Positions 46,778-56,603 of a stretch of DNA of 64,000 nt are shown here, in pieces; position 1 is the first letter of the stretch, and each line of letters opens with the position of its first letter. The position numbers and the translations under genes are program-made. This DNA is from a virus, in IMG/VR virus record IMGVR_UViG_3300033429_000002, positions 6,072-70,071 of that record; one strand, written 5' to 3'. Below the pieces are notes generated by a model, which saw only the letters and a list, made by a program, of their open reading frames with translations, was not told the origin of the DNA and did not search any database.

Positions 46778-47800
46778 TTATTGACTCATTTTCTCGCGCT
46801 CAAAGAAATAATTCCTGGCCTGATCGGAGACAGTTTTCCCGATATCCTTCACAGTTAGACCAGCGTCGGATAGAACGTCAATTTCTTCTTTCACAACGTC
46901 TGAAAGTACAGCCCTGATGTAATCCCCCAGCTTTTTCCTGTCGGTATCCTCTCCGACCACTTCGTTAAAAAACTGGTCAAGCCTCCAAGTTGGAAGGACT
47001 TTGTTGACAGTCTCGTTGACAAGATTAATCTTGGCGTCATCGACCTTATTCAGCTTTTTAATCTTTGACTTTCCGGCGTGCTTCTCGCCCTTAACCTTGA
47101 ACGTGTATCTATTTTCTTTGTAATCTCCGACAAAAACAAGACCCTCGCCAATGCCTGACACTCCGAGTTCTTTGGCAACTGGACATTCTTTTTCGATCTC
47201 AGCAACCAGAGCAACCAGCATATTCTGAGCAACATGCGGCTCTGAGCAATCGACCGAAGCTTTAAACGTAGGGAAATTGTAAATATTGAATATTCTGTTT
47301 TCTATGTCGTTTTTAAAGTCAACCGGGAGGTATGACGTTCTCAGGACTTCGTTGTTTTCGTCTAATGTTTGCATCTTCAAAGCAAATGCATAAAAAGACT
47401 TTTCCAACTCGGAAACAGCGACCCCTCTTTGAATTCCAATTCCTGCCCACTCGCCATATAGATAGACAACTTGATTCTCTCCCAGCGTAATAGCTTTGAG
47501 AATATCATGGAACATCTCTTCTTTTTTGTGAACAAACTGGGCGAATCCGTGATTATCATTCAACGGCGTGATTATGTTCGACTTGCTCTGAGCCCAGATA
47601 TTTCCGATATGATCGTATCCAACAGAGGCGTTTGTCCCGTGCAGTTTAATCGTTCCAGTAAATTCAACGACTGGTTTCGGCTCAAGTTTGTCATAAATTG
47701 GCTCGCCCTCATCTGACATGCCCATGAATTGAGACGAATTAATCAAATGCTTAACTACATTTCTGTATTGCTCGATTGAACTCATTTTTCCCAGTTTCAT
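46778..47800 (-). CDS. ATP-dependent RNA ligase (Rnl2-like)
   Basis: Motif I KLHGTNA, III YGEWAG, IIIa FYAF, IV GEGLVF, V FKVK; likely start MKLGKM at 47800 with GAGG RBS. Confidence 0.88.
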   Translation of the reverse strand: MKLGKMSSIEQYRNVVKHLINSSQFMGMSDEGEPIYDKLEPKPVVEFTGTIKLHGTNASVGYDHIGNIWAQSKSNIITPLNDNHGFAQFVHKKEEMFHDILKAITLGENQVVYLYGEWAGIGIQRGVAVSELEKSFYAFALKMQTLDENNEVLRTSYLPVDFKNDIENRIFNIYNFPTFKASVDCSEPHVAQNMLVALVAEIEKECPVAKELGVSGIGEGLVFVGDYKENRYTFKVKGEKHAGKSKIKKLNKVDDAKINLVNETVNKVLPTWRLDQFFNEVVGEDTDRKKLGDYIRAVLSDVVKEEIDVLSDAGLTVKDIGKTVSDQARNYFFEREKMSQ

Positions 47801-47892
47801 ATTAACCTCTTTATATGTTGTTATGCTGCGAAATATTCGTCTAAAATTTCTACCGGGTACGAATTCACAAAGCCCCATCTTTCGTCCGGTAT

Positions 47893-48381
47893 TTAAATAA
47901 ATTTTCTCAATGCGGACACGGCTCTTTCGAATGTAATGTCAAACCATTCTCCCTTCAACCTATGGTCATTAAAAAAATCATGTAATTGTTTTTCTATGCT
48001 CTTATAGTCCTCAGTACGTTCTGAAACAAAGAAATTTTCAAAACTTTTAGGGTTTGAAGTTTGCAAAGAGTTGATCCTTGATTTTGGGTCAATTGAAATT
48101 CCTATTTTAGTCATATCATCATAGGAAACAATATAAATGTATCCTGACTCTTTATCACCTTCATTAGCCACAACATTTACATTCTCTGACACTTTGACTA
48201 TGGCATGATTCAACCCTTCGCTGTATTCTATAAAGCTTCCAAGATTTACAGATAACGAAAAGAATGTTTTTTGCAAACTTCTCAACTTATCCATTCCAAA
48301 AACGATCCCTCTGGATTCAACGTCTTGAATAAACTCTACATACATCTTTAAAATTTCATTCTCAAATTCTTTTACGTTCAT
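47893..48381 (-). CDS. T5orf172/GIY-YIG-like nuclease-domain protein
   Basis: GYIYIV, KIGIS..P.SRI.SLQTSNP and E..LH..F...R.KGEWF motifs. Confidence 0.88.
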   Translation of the reverse strand: MNVKEFENEILKMYVEFIQDVESRGIVFGMDKLRSLQKTFFSLSVNLGSFIEYSEGLNHAIVKVSENVNVVANEGDKESGYIYIVSYDDMTKIGISIDPKSRINSLQTSNPKSFENFFVSERTEDYKSIEKQLHDFFNDHRLKGEWFDITFERAVSALRKFI

Positions 48382-48394
48382 TCTTTCCTTAAAA

Positions 48395-48490
48395 TTAAAA
48401 AGCCCAAAAATCTAAGAGTTGTCCAGCGAAAAGAAATAATATCTAATTGCACTCTTGACTTTTGGGCTTATTTCTTCCAACTGGACAAGA
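48395..48490 (-). promoter_or_regulatory. Attenuator-like leader (terminator hairpin plus competing upstream pairing)
   Basis: AAGCCCAAAAG..AAGAGT/ACTCTT..TTTTGGGCTT followed by U tract; upstream TTGTCCAG and AAGAAATA pair with loop TATTTCTT and CTGGACAA. Confidence 0.6.
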
Positions 48491-48529
48491 TAAGCATTAC
48501 ATATATAGACCTATTATGTCAACGATTAT

Positions 48530-48937
48530 TTACCTCTGCGGAGGTGTTTGGTACGGATCGTATTGATTCCCCTGATTGCTTTGTTGCTGACTCTGATTTC
48601 CTGATGGTTTAGAGTCGAGCATTTGCATTTGAGAAACAACAATTTCAGTTGTGTATTTTTCGATATTATCCTTATCGGTCCACTTTCTTGTCTGAAGTTT
48701 ACCTTCGACATAAATAAGAGATCCTTTTTTGCAATAAGTCGAAACAATATCGGCGACTTGATTCCAGAATACCAACTTATGATATTCTGTTGATTGCTGC
48801 TTTGAACCGTCTTTTCCTTTGTACGATTCATTCGTAGCGAGCGAAACGGAAACCACTGAATGACCTTGAGGCGTAGATCTTTTTTCTGGATCTTGGCAGA
48901 GATTTCCGACTAAAATTACTTTATTTATTGCTGGCAT
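48530..48937 (-). CDS. ssb: Single-stranded DNA-binding protein
   Basis: MPAINKVILVGNL..DPE, SLATNE and KGSLIYVEGKLQTRKW motifs; start at 48937. Confidence 0.95.
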   Translation of the reverse strand: MPAINKVILVGNLCQDPEKRSTPQGHSVVSVSLATNESYKGKDGSKQQSTEYHKLVFWNQVADIVSTYCKKGSLIYVEGKLQTRKWTDKDNIEKYTTEIVVSQMQMLDSKPSGNQSQQQSNQGNQYDPYQTPPQR

Positions 48938-49580
48938 TTTGCTCCTTTGGGAATTTTTTAATATATCCGATTTGCCGATCATTTAAAGCATGTTTTATCT
49001 TATCTTTGTAAACTGTGTTTCCTTCATACACTATACCGTCCCACGAATTATAGAAATCCATCCACGAATCGTGCGGTATTTCTGGCAGATGATTTGAATC
49101 GCTTTTCCCTGGGGGCGTGTCAGTTGTTTTCCCGTCCGGGTCTTTCTCTTCCTTGCTTGACACTTGAAACAATTTAAAATAAAACCTTTTGCAAGCTTCT
49201 GTTATCGCCTGCCCACAACTCTTTCCGCCAACGTCCTGATCTGCACCAACCCACATTTTAACAATAGAATACCCGGTGTCTATATCTATTATCTCGAACT
49301 TCATTTTTACGATTGACCTGATCCACTTCCCGTCTTTTGATTCTGAATAGTCAACAATTTCAGGAATAATCGAAAGCCTGTGACTCTCAAGATGCTCCCT
49401 CATTAAAGCAACCATTTTATTGCTTGTTATGTACTCATAATTAGAGTGGGTGTTTTTCCCATCCTCTGCAACCGCACCAAAGGACTTAAGCATTTTGCTT
49501 ATTTTTTCTCCTAATTTCGCTTTTTGGTCTGCATACTGGTGGTTACATGTACAGCTTGCTTTATCAAATTCGTTTTCCAT
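48921..49580 (-). CDS. ERF-family single-strand annealing protein
   Basis: DGKN....YEY, GADQD..GKS.GQAIT.A.K.F..KLF.V....DPD motifs. Confidence 0.85.
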   Translation of the reverse strand: MENEFDKASCTCNHQYADQKAKLGEKISKMLKSFGAVAEDGKNTHSNYEYITSNKMVALMREHLESHRLSIIPEIVDYSESKDGKWIRSIVKMKFEIIDIDTGYSIVKMWVGADQDVGGKSCGQAITEACKRFYFKLFQVSSKEEKDPDGKTTDTPPGKSDSNHLPEIPHDSWMDFYNSWDGIVYEGNTVYKDKIKHALNDRQIGYIKKFPKEQNASNK

Positions 49581-50352
49581 TCTTCAACTCCTTTTTATAG
49601 TCAATCTCATATTTTTTTATTCTTCTACACAATGTAAGAGTATTTACTCCAAGCACCTCGGCTGATCGTTTGAGTGTACAGTTTTTATTTAGCGTGTTTA
49701 GAATTTTATATTTCGTTAATGATTTCGCGTTGTTCCTATAGATCCCGTAGTATTTCTCCCTCTTTTTTATGTTGTCAATTGACATGCCTAGATATTCGGA
49801 TGCCTCTGTTTTTGTATTGAATTTTCTAAGTGCATCTATCAGTACATCTTTCGTTATGTCTTTCCTCCATTGCCAGTGGTCCTCTTTCCGGTGCTTGCCT
49901 GACATTCTTTTTCGCATCTTCTCTATCGTTTCTTGTTTTAATTTTTTCCCCTTTGGGTTATGCAATGAAGAATGTTCAGATTTTGTCATTAGATCCAGGT
50001 TTTCAACTCTGTTGTCAGCACGATCCCCGTTCTTGTGGTGGACAACTTCGCCTTTTTTTACAGGTCTTCCTATTAGCTCCTCCATGACTATATATTGTTC
50101 AGGCATTCTTTTTCCGTTATGATGCACCCACTTATACCCGTTATTATTACCTCCTTTCCATGATGTGCTCTTATCACCTGTCTTTATACGGCCATTGCTT
50201 TTTGCCAAGTCTGAAGCCTCCTTTAGGCTTCTTCTCTTAACCCCGCTTGTTTTTATGTGGTAATACACTGTGTGAAAATTCATCTCTAGCTCTTCCGATA
50301 TCTCCAGCCCGCTCATACCAGATAAATACATCCTCGATATTCTTTCTTTCAT
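49564..50352 (-). CDS. HNH endonuclease with NUMOD3-like and HTH segments
   Basis: SWKGG, EVVHHKNGDRADNRVENL...HSSLH motifs. Confidence 0.88.
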   Translation of the reverse strand: MKERISRMYLSGMSGLEISEELEMNFHTVYYHIKTSGVKRRSLKEASDLAKSNGRIKTGDKSTSWKGGNNNGYKWVHHNGKRMPEQYIVMEELIGRPVKKGEVVHHKNGDRADNRVENLDLMTKSEHSSLHNPKGKKLKQETIEKMRKRMSGKHRKEDHWQWRKDITKDVLIDALRKFNTKTEASEYLGMSIDNIKKREKYYGIYRNNAKSLTKYKILNTLNKNCTLKRSAEVLGVNTLTLCRRIKKYEIDYKKELKNGKRI

Positions 50353-50361
50353 GGTCTCTTA

Positions 50362-50450
50362 AAATAAAAAAGCCGCGTATCAAGAGGTGTCAACAGATCA
50401 GAGAAAATGATTTGACTCTCAATGCGCGGCTTAATTTCTCAACTGTTGAC
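50362..50450 (-). promoter_or_regulatory. Attenuator-like leader upstream of the HNH gene
   Basis: AAGCCGCGCATTGAGAG/CTCTTGATACGCGGCTT followed by U tract; upstream GTCAACAG and GAGAAAT pair with loop TTTTCTC and CTGTTGAC. Confidence 0.6.
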
Positions 50451-50472
50451 TATCAAATAGTAGCACCAGCGA

Positions 50473-51426
50473 CTAATAGTTGTCAATCCAAATTCTCTTT
50501 TTTATCGTCTTCTTTATTCCGGAAACTGGCTTACCATTTTTAATCCACTGGTCGCACTCATGCGCTAACTTTGTGTATTCTGAGTAGCAATCTTCCAATG
50601 AATAGTCAGAAACCATAAACGGGGCTACGAAAAACGGGTCTGTCTTTGTGGCCACTATAAATATCATTTGCGGGTATTTATTAAACTCCTCGAACTCTTC
50701 AACATAGTCTAGCCCCTCGAAATAATGAAACCCTTGCAAAATATAACGGCTTCTCGTATTTTTGAAAGATTGATGCATTCCAGATAATGAAACGACATAT
50801 TTTAGATCGAGAGGGCATATCCATGCCTCGCCTTTTCTTTCAAAAAAAACAACCATGTCGTACAGGGCCTTCTTTTTAATTCCGTTCGATTGCCAATAAA
50901 CCGGATGTTGCCAAAGAGTCCTATCGTTTATAAGTTCGGAAAGTTTATAAAATTCATTGTCGAACAATTCGATTTCCATGCTTAGCAATCTATCTATGCT
51001 AATCTGCATTGATAAATAATCACTGAGTGTAATCGGGTACCTTTTCACTCCTCCAAAATATAATTCATCTGTGAGGCACTGGAATATCACATCGTGCAAC
51101 GACTCCTTAGTTTTGCTGAACTCTCCTTTTTTTGTATATGTAAAATGAGATGTTAGTGGGTCACTTGATTTGTACACATCAATAAACGACTCAGGTATTT
51201 TTATATCCTCACAAATGAAGAACTTCTCAGGGAATAATTTAGACCCGGTTAGTCTATCCTGAAAAACCCTCTCCATTGCTTTTCCTGCCTCAAAATAAGT
51301 CTTTGGCGAGGTTTTAGCCACTGCCACAAGTGGATCATCCGCAAACTTTCCGAGTAGTGTCGAGTTTAGTCCGGGATGACTAAAATATTCTAACATCTCT
51401 TTGCTGTATAGCTCAGCCATTAACAA
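50473..51426 (-). CDS. PD-(D/E)XK exonuclease (ExoVIII/DUF3799-like)
   Basis: YFSHPGLNST, KALYD...DLK, YILQ..HY and FIVATK..PF motifs; next to ERF and SSB. Confidence 0.7.
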   Translation of the reverse strand: MLMAELYSKEMLEYFSHPGLNSTLLGKFADDPLVAVAKTSPKTYFEAGKAMERVFQDRLTGSKLFPEKFFICEDIKIPESFIDVYKSSDPLTSHFTYTKKGEFSKTKESLHDVIFQCLTDELYFGGVKRYPITLSDYLSMQISIDRLLSMEIELFDNEFYKLSELINDRTLWQHPVYWQSNGIKKKALYDMVVFFERKGEAWICPLDLKYVVSLSGMHQSFKNTRSRYILQGFHYFEGLDYVEEFEEFNKYPQMIFIVATKTDPFFVAPFMVSDYSLEDCYSEYTKLAHECDQWIKNGKPVSGIKKTIKKRIWIDNY

Positions 51427-51680
51427 CCCTCGTTATATTCGTTCACCCACTCCCACACTTTTTTACCGTAAACGCACTCCATTGCACTCTCAAAAATATA
51501 ATGCGAACCGTCCTTAGAGTATCCTTGTTTGGCATAATCTTCCATTACAGACTCGCATGTTTTAGTTAACTCTGAGAAGTCGGGGCGATTTATTGGAGGT
51601 GGTCTTGTGTCATTTGCGGTTCTTTTCTTAAGTTCTTCTTTTAGCTGATCAGTTGTTATATTTTCTAATGTCATATTCAC
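51420..51680 (-). CDS. Hypothetical protein
   Basis: 86 aa ORF. Confidence 0.55.
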   Translation of the reverse strand: MNMTLENITTDQLKEELKKRTANDTRPPPINRPDFSELTKTCESVMEDYAKQGYSKDGSHYIFESAMECVYGKKVWEWVNEYNEGC

Positions 51681-52453
51681 CTTATTGATTTTGATATTCT
51701 GTCTAATTGCAATGATAATTTAATAGCTTCTTTCTTGTCCGGGGCTTCTCTGACTTGCTCCGATATCTCTAGGATCTGAGATGCTAGAGATTCTGACTTG
51801 TACCGCTTGACTTCTTTGTGTCGTTCTGACGTTTTTTCTGCCATGTCAAAAATTGGATTACACGTATTTGCAATTTTGATACTTATATTCTCAATCATTA
51901 TCTTAAACGCCTTCCTTGTTTCTGGGCAGTGCTCTTTTTCAATGAAGGGAAGTTTCGAGTCAAAAAAGTGGCTGTTGATAATCGGGTTTATAGATTCAGC
52001 AAGCTGCTTGATTGCGTTCTCATTTCCTAGTTTAATCACAGAGTCGAAAATCAATCTCTGCAATCCTTCAGTGTTCTTTGTGTACCAATTCTCAATCTCG
52101 ATCTCTTCAGTTGATCTTAAGCTATCCATGATAAAACCGGGGAATTCATTCTTATATAGAAGTATCCTTTCCCGCTTAAACCCTTTGTACTTATCCTCGT
52201 TAATCAACCCCAAAAAACTTTCTATTCTGGACGTGTCAAGGCATAGCAATTTACGCAGTGGTCTTCTACCGCATCCTATAGACGTTTTTTTTATGAAACG
52301 ATCAAAACGAAACTTAACTTTTTTATACTGCGCTGACCAGTTAACCCCTATCCCATTCACTATTGATCTTAAACCTACCAAGTTTTCAACATCATTTACA
52401 AAAAAGTTGATAGGGTCGTCGTAGAATCTTACTACAGAGTGGTTGTATTTCAT
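51677..52453 (-). CDS. Antirepressor-like protein (P22 Ant N-terminal domain)
   Basis: V.LRSIV.GIGVNWSAQYKKV and LLCL....I..FL..IN pattern. Confidence 0.7.
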   Translation of the reverse strand: MKYNHSVVRFYDDPINFFVNDVENLVGLRSIVNGIGVNWSAQYKKVKFRFDRFIKKTSIGCGRRPLRKLLCLDTSRIESFLGLINEDKYKGFKRERILLYKNEFPGFIMDSLRSTEEIEIENWYTKNTEGLQRLIFDSVIKLGNENAIKQLAESINPIINSHFFDSKLPFIEKEHCPETRKAFKIMIENISIKIANTCNPIFDMAEKTSERHKEVKRYKSESLASQILEISEQVREAPDKKEAIKLSLQLDRISKSIR

Positions 52454-52548
52454 ACTATATACCGTTTTAATTGAGCCGGTGTCGACTTCAATAATTATCC
52501 CGGCTTATATTTTCACGGTACACTGTTTTATGTCTTTCTGTCAAGGTA

Positions 52549-54842
52549 TCACAAAGACTTGATATACTTCTCAACTAAATTGTAAGCCTCTTCTTTGGTC
52601 TTGCACCCGTTCTGAATTTTAAGAGCCTGACCTGGGTACGGTTCTTTTTCAAAGAAAGGAATGTAAACGTCGTCTTCAAATATCACCATAGCGCAGTGAT
52701 TATGATCTTTTGCGTCCACTACTGATCTGAAAAAGTAAGTTGTATTACTATTACCATCATGTTTTACTTGCATGTCTCCGCCATTCTGTAATATTTTTTG
52801 CTTTTTTCAGCATTGAGCCTTCTGATTTCTCTCATTTTTCCGCTGAAATACCTGAACTCTTTCAGTTCATAGATTGCTGTCTTCAGATTACGAATTGCCT
52901 CTTCAAAGTTGCTTTGTTTCATGATCCCCCTAAACGGCTTTAGTGTTCATGATTGCATTGTAAACTTTATTATAGGAAAGTAACATTTTGTCTTCTAAAT
53001 TTTCGAATGTCGTAATTTTATTAACATCATGAAGAACAGACTTACGTGTAATTTCGTCCTGCTCTTCTAGCGCCCTTTCAATCGCGTCAATCGTTAGTTC
53101 CCTGCGAACTCCCTTGTATAGTTCAATAGCGTCTAACATTATCTCCGCCCGTTCTCTTGCTGTTTTCATGGTCTCCTATCTAATTGAAGTTCATAACTCT
53201 ATCAAAGATCTCCTCATCATGGAGCTTTGCGAAGAATCCGCTTTCATCCATTACGAGGTTTTTCTTGAGATCAACTATGATCTGTAAGGCGTTGCAAACT
53301 TGAATCTGTTCTCTTGCTTCTCTGCTAAGTCTGCCGTGTTTTTTGACGATTTCGCTAAACCGCCCGCTTTCTCTTTCTAGAGTTTTCATTCGTACCTTGT
53401 TTTAAAACACCCCGGCGGAGCTACTTGTCTCTGACTTTTTTTAAAAGGATTCGCGCCTTCTAACTTTCGCTCCGCGGGGATGCCAGGATTTATTCTATTT
53501 CTTCCAGTTCACAACCACAAACCACACACGTTTCGCCGTCTTCCAATGTCAGATAGTCGTCATCGCATTCCGGGCAGTATCGCCAAGTGTATTCGATCAT
53601 ATCAACCCTATTGAGTTTTGAAATGAACTCTTCCGCTTCGCGTATTGTGTCAAATTCATCACCATTTATAGCGATAGTTCCGTCGTTATTATCAACCAAC
53701 TGTAGACCCCTGTTGGTACATGGTTTTTTTAGGTTTTGTATAAAAGCTTTGTCCATGTTATACTCCTATTTTTAATATACCGGTTGTGTAAAAATAGAAC
53801 GCCAAGCATGATATCCCGACAAAAAAAGGTAAAACCTTGAACAAAACTGCACTTATGAGGTTGTCCGTGTTAAGTATAAGAGCCATCGTCACAAGCCATA
53901 GTCCAGCAACTAACGGCACCACCTGCATGAAAAAAATCATACCACCCCCCCCCCTTAAGCCTGTAAGAATTCGATTGCTTGGATAGCCGTATCACTCACA
54001 GATACGAATGCATGAAAGTTGTCTTCTGTTGCTTGTAATCTTGTGACTCTACCGCCACGAGCTTTGAAGTTTTCAATCGCTTCATCAATCAGGGCTTTGT
54101 TTCTTTGTGCCGGTGTCATGTTGCATGATTCTGCAATTCTCTTGATCATCTCTTTTGTTTGTCGTCGCATCGTTTCTCCTTTTGCGTTTGGTTTAAAATT
54201 TCTTGAGTTCGCTCGATCTATCAATCAATTGCTGAGTTATTTTGATGTTTCTCATCATGTCAATGATCAGATAAAAATCGCCGGGACTTTGCAAATGACT
54301 CTCTGCCAGTTCTGCTAAAATTCTTAACTCTTCATTCATTTTTATCTCCGGTATAGGTTTGTTTCCGACTCTGTTAAACCTAGAATAGCAAACTGAAAGA
54401 TAATGTCAAGAACTTTCTTTACTATCATGCATTTTATTTCTGATCTCTTTGATTCTATTGAAGAACTCTTTGTGTCTTTTTAATCTTTCGAGTGCTTTCC
54501 TGATTTTGAAAGCATCGTTTTTTCCCAAACTTCCCGTTAATTTCCGATTTTTATCGAAAACATAATACCCTAAGTAATTTTTTTTAATCTCCATCGTCTT
54601 TTTTTACTCCTCAATTCAATTGCCCACTCTCGCAGGAATTTAACGCCATCGTCAGAGAAGAGATACCCGGTGTATTTGCCTTTTTTGTGTTCCTGGTAAT
54701 GCTCATCTTTCAATAATGGATCTTTACACCTGATAGGCGTTTTATTCATCATTCTGCGTACTTGCTGCTTTGAGATTGGTGTGAGCAATTCTTTTTTCAG
54801 CAAGCGGTTTATTTGAGCTAAGTTTGTTTCGAATTCATTCAT
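52549..54842 (-). other. Early-region small hypothetical ORFs (52549-52773, 52930-53169, 53180-53389, 53490-53756, 53758-53940, 53955-54224, 54406-54594, 54570-54842)
   Basis: Co-oriented ORFs with sigma70 promoters near 54381-54409 and 55497-55524. Confidence 0.55.
53407..53484 (-). ncRNA. Candidate small structured RNA with T-loop-like hairpin
   Basis: CCCCGCGGAGC/GCTCCGCCGGGG closing stem; inner AGAAGG-CGCGAAT-CCTTTT and GTC-AGA-GAC. Confidence 0.4.
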
Positions 54843-55479
54843 TTAGTAGGTTCCTCTTGCTGTTTAGCGAATCAATTCCTAGTTTGTTAATCAGACCCGT
54901 AACCATTGAGTCTATATCCGATTTAGCCTCGACCACTGATTTGTCCATCACTTCATTAAATACTTCCTCAACAAATGGAATATTTGATCTGAAGTGACTT
55001 TCAAGCGTTTCGAGATCACGTAAAATTATCTCGTTATCTTTTTTTGTGGTTGTCTTTTTTACAGAGTTTTTCTCGACTTGATCCCTTATGCGCGAGATAC
55101 GCAACAGTAGCTTAGACATAACTTCCTTAAGCATAGAGTCTGCAACTTCACGCCTGTTCGTTCTTTCTGCTCTCTCAATTCTTCCCTTTCCTCTTATCCA
55201 GTTTATAGTGCATGGCACACCCTCGCCGACATTCATAGTGGTTATCAACTCAGAGAATTGGTTAGGTGATAAATAAACCTCTATAATTCTGCCTTTGGAC
55301 CTATGTTTCGCCTTTCCGAATGACTCAACCTCTGACGATTCATTTATTCTTATAGCAATTACAGAGGTGTTCATTATGCTACTACCAAACAAATCCATTC
55401 CACCGGTTGATATCCTGCTGATACTCATTGACCCGTAAGAATCATGATTCTTCTCGTTTTTATCCACGATATTCTCCAA
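54835..55479 (-). CDS. Conserved phage hypothetical protein
   Basis: HDSYG..SISR...LFGS and IIEV.LS.NQF.ELIT.MN.G.GVPCTI motifs. Confidence 0.7.
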   Translation of the reverse strand: MENIVDKNEKNHDSYGSMSISRISTGGMDLFGSSIMNTSVIAIRINESSEVESFGKAKHRSKGRIIEVYLSPNQFSELITTMNVGEGVPCTINWIRGKGRIERAERTNRREVADSMLKEVMSKLLLRISRIRDQVEKNSVKKTTTKKDNEIILRDLETLESHFRSNIPFVEEVFNEVMDKSVVEAKSDIDSMVTGLINKLGIDSLNSKRNLLNE

Positions 55480-55569
55480 TTAAAGTTATAGCTAGAGAGT
55501 ATCAGAATGTTTACTATAAGTCAACTATTTGATTAGATAAGCGTGTACAAATTACGTACACTATTGAAA

Positions 55570-55965
55570 TTAATCGCGGTATATTTCTAGGGGAGTTAAG
55601 CGAGGGAATTTGATTTGTATGTATTCGAGTTTGTTTTCCTGGGTCTTGTATTTGTACCCGTCATCATCTTTTCTTGTGTTCCTTATTGAAAAAATGATCC
55701 CGTTTGTTTCGTCGAGAATGCCTACTTGGGTTACCTCCCCGCAAGGCATTCTGAATATGTAATAAGCGTTTGGAGCTCCTTCCGCATTGTTTGACACCCT
55801 CATCGCTCGGTGACAAAACTTTGGCGCTTCCTCGACTTCTTCCGCTGGCTGTTCTGTCTGTTCCTTAATCTCAGACTCTTCAGCCTCGCCCTTGAACCAC
55901 GATGTTATTCCGGCGTGAGCGTTGAAAGAGGTCAAAATAAAGATCAGTACAAGTATAGTCTTCAT
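55570..55965 (-). CDS. Secreted hypothetical protein
   Basis: Signal peptide MKTILVLIFILTSFNAHA (AxA cleavage site). Confidence 0.7.
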   Translation of the reverse strand: MKTILVLIFILTSFNAHAGITSWFKGEAEESEIKEQTEQPAEEVEEAPKFCHRAMRVSNNAEGAPNAYYIFRMPCGEVTQVGILDETNGIIFSIRNTRKDDDGYKYKTQENKLEYIQIKFPRLTPLEIYRD

Positions 55966-56603
55966 TAGTTGCCTATCGGGACAGAGAACATGATAGAGAC
56001 AACTGAAAATGAACCATCGCCTTGTATTTCTGAGATGTGCTTATCTTCCTGATCTGTCATTTTCGCGTCAATGAACCTGTATGAAGTCACCAGCTTATTA
56101 TCCCCGATTGGGTAATCATACGAGATTCCCCTTTCGACTGCCGTGTCTATTGATGGCTCAGAACTGTTTTCATTTTTGAGCCATATTTTACCAGCGGAGG
56201 CGTAGATACTTATCTCTCTTGATAGGTACACACCAAACCCGGCAAAAAGCATTTGAGAATCCCATTTTGGCTTATATACTGAACCCTCCATGTCATCCTT
56301 AACCGCATTTCTGAATCCTGCCCACGTATAAGCGAAGAGAGTTTTTGATAGGTTATGCCGAAGATACGCGTCGTAATTTTCGGCTGTGAATGCATAACCA
56401 CCACCTGCTGGATTGTCAAGAACCCCAAGTCTGAAACCGATCTCCCATGATGGTTTGGATTTTGATGTTAAAGACTCCTCGCTTGGTTGAGCAAATTCCG
56501 TAACTTTCTCTTTAGCTGACTTATAGACATCAAGCCCGTAAGCAGGCAATGAGAATAAAATCAATGATAGTGCTAGAATTAATTTTTTCATTAGTCTAAC
56601 CAT
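55965..56603 (-). CDS. Putative outer-membrane beta-barrel protein
   Basis: Signal peptide ending AYG; alternating aromatic/Gly strands (WEIGFRLG, FAYTWAGF, FAGFGVY, GISYDYPI, VSIMFSVP). Confidence 0.55.
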   Translation of the reverse strand: MVRLMKKLILALSLILFSLPAYGLDVYKSAKEKVTEFAQPSEESLTSKSKPSWEIGFRLGVLDNPAGGGYAFTAENYDAYLRHNLSKTLFAYTWAGFRNAVKDDMEGSVYKPKWDSQMLFAGFGVYLSREISIYASAGKIWLKNENSSEPSIDTAVERGISYDYPIGDNKLVTSYRFIDAKMTDQEDKHISEIQGDGSFSVVSIMFSVPIGN

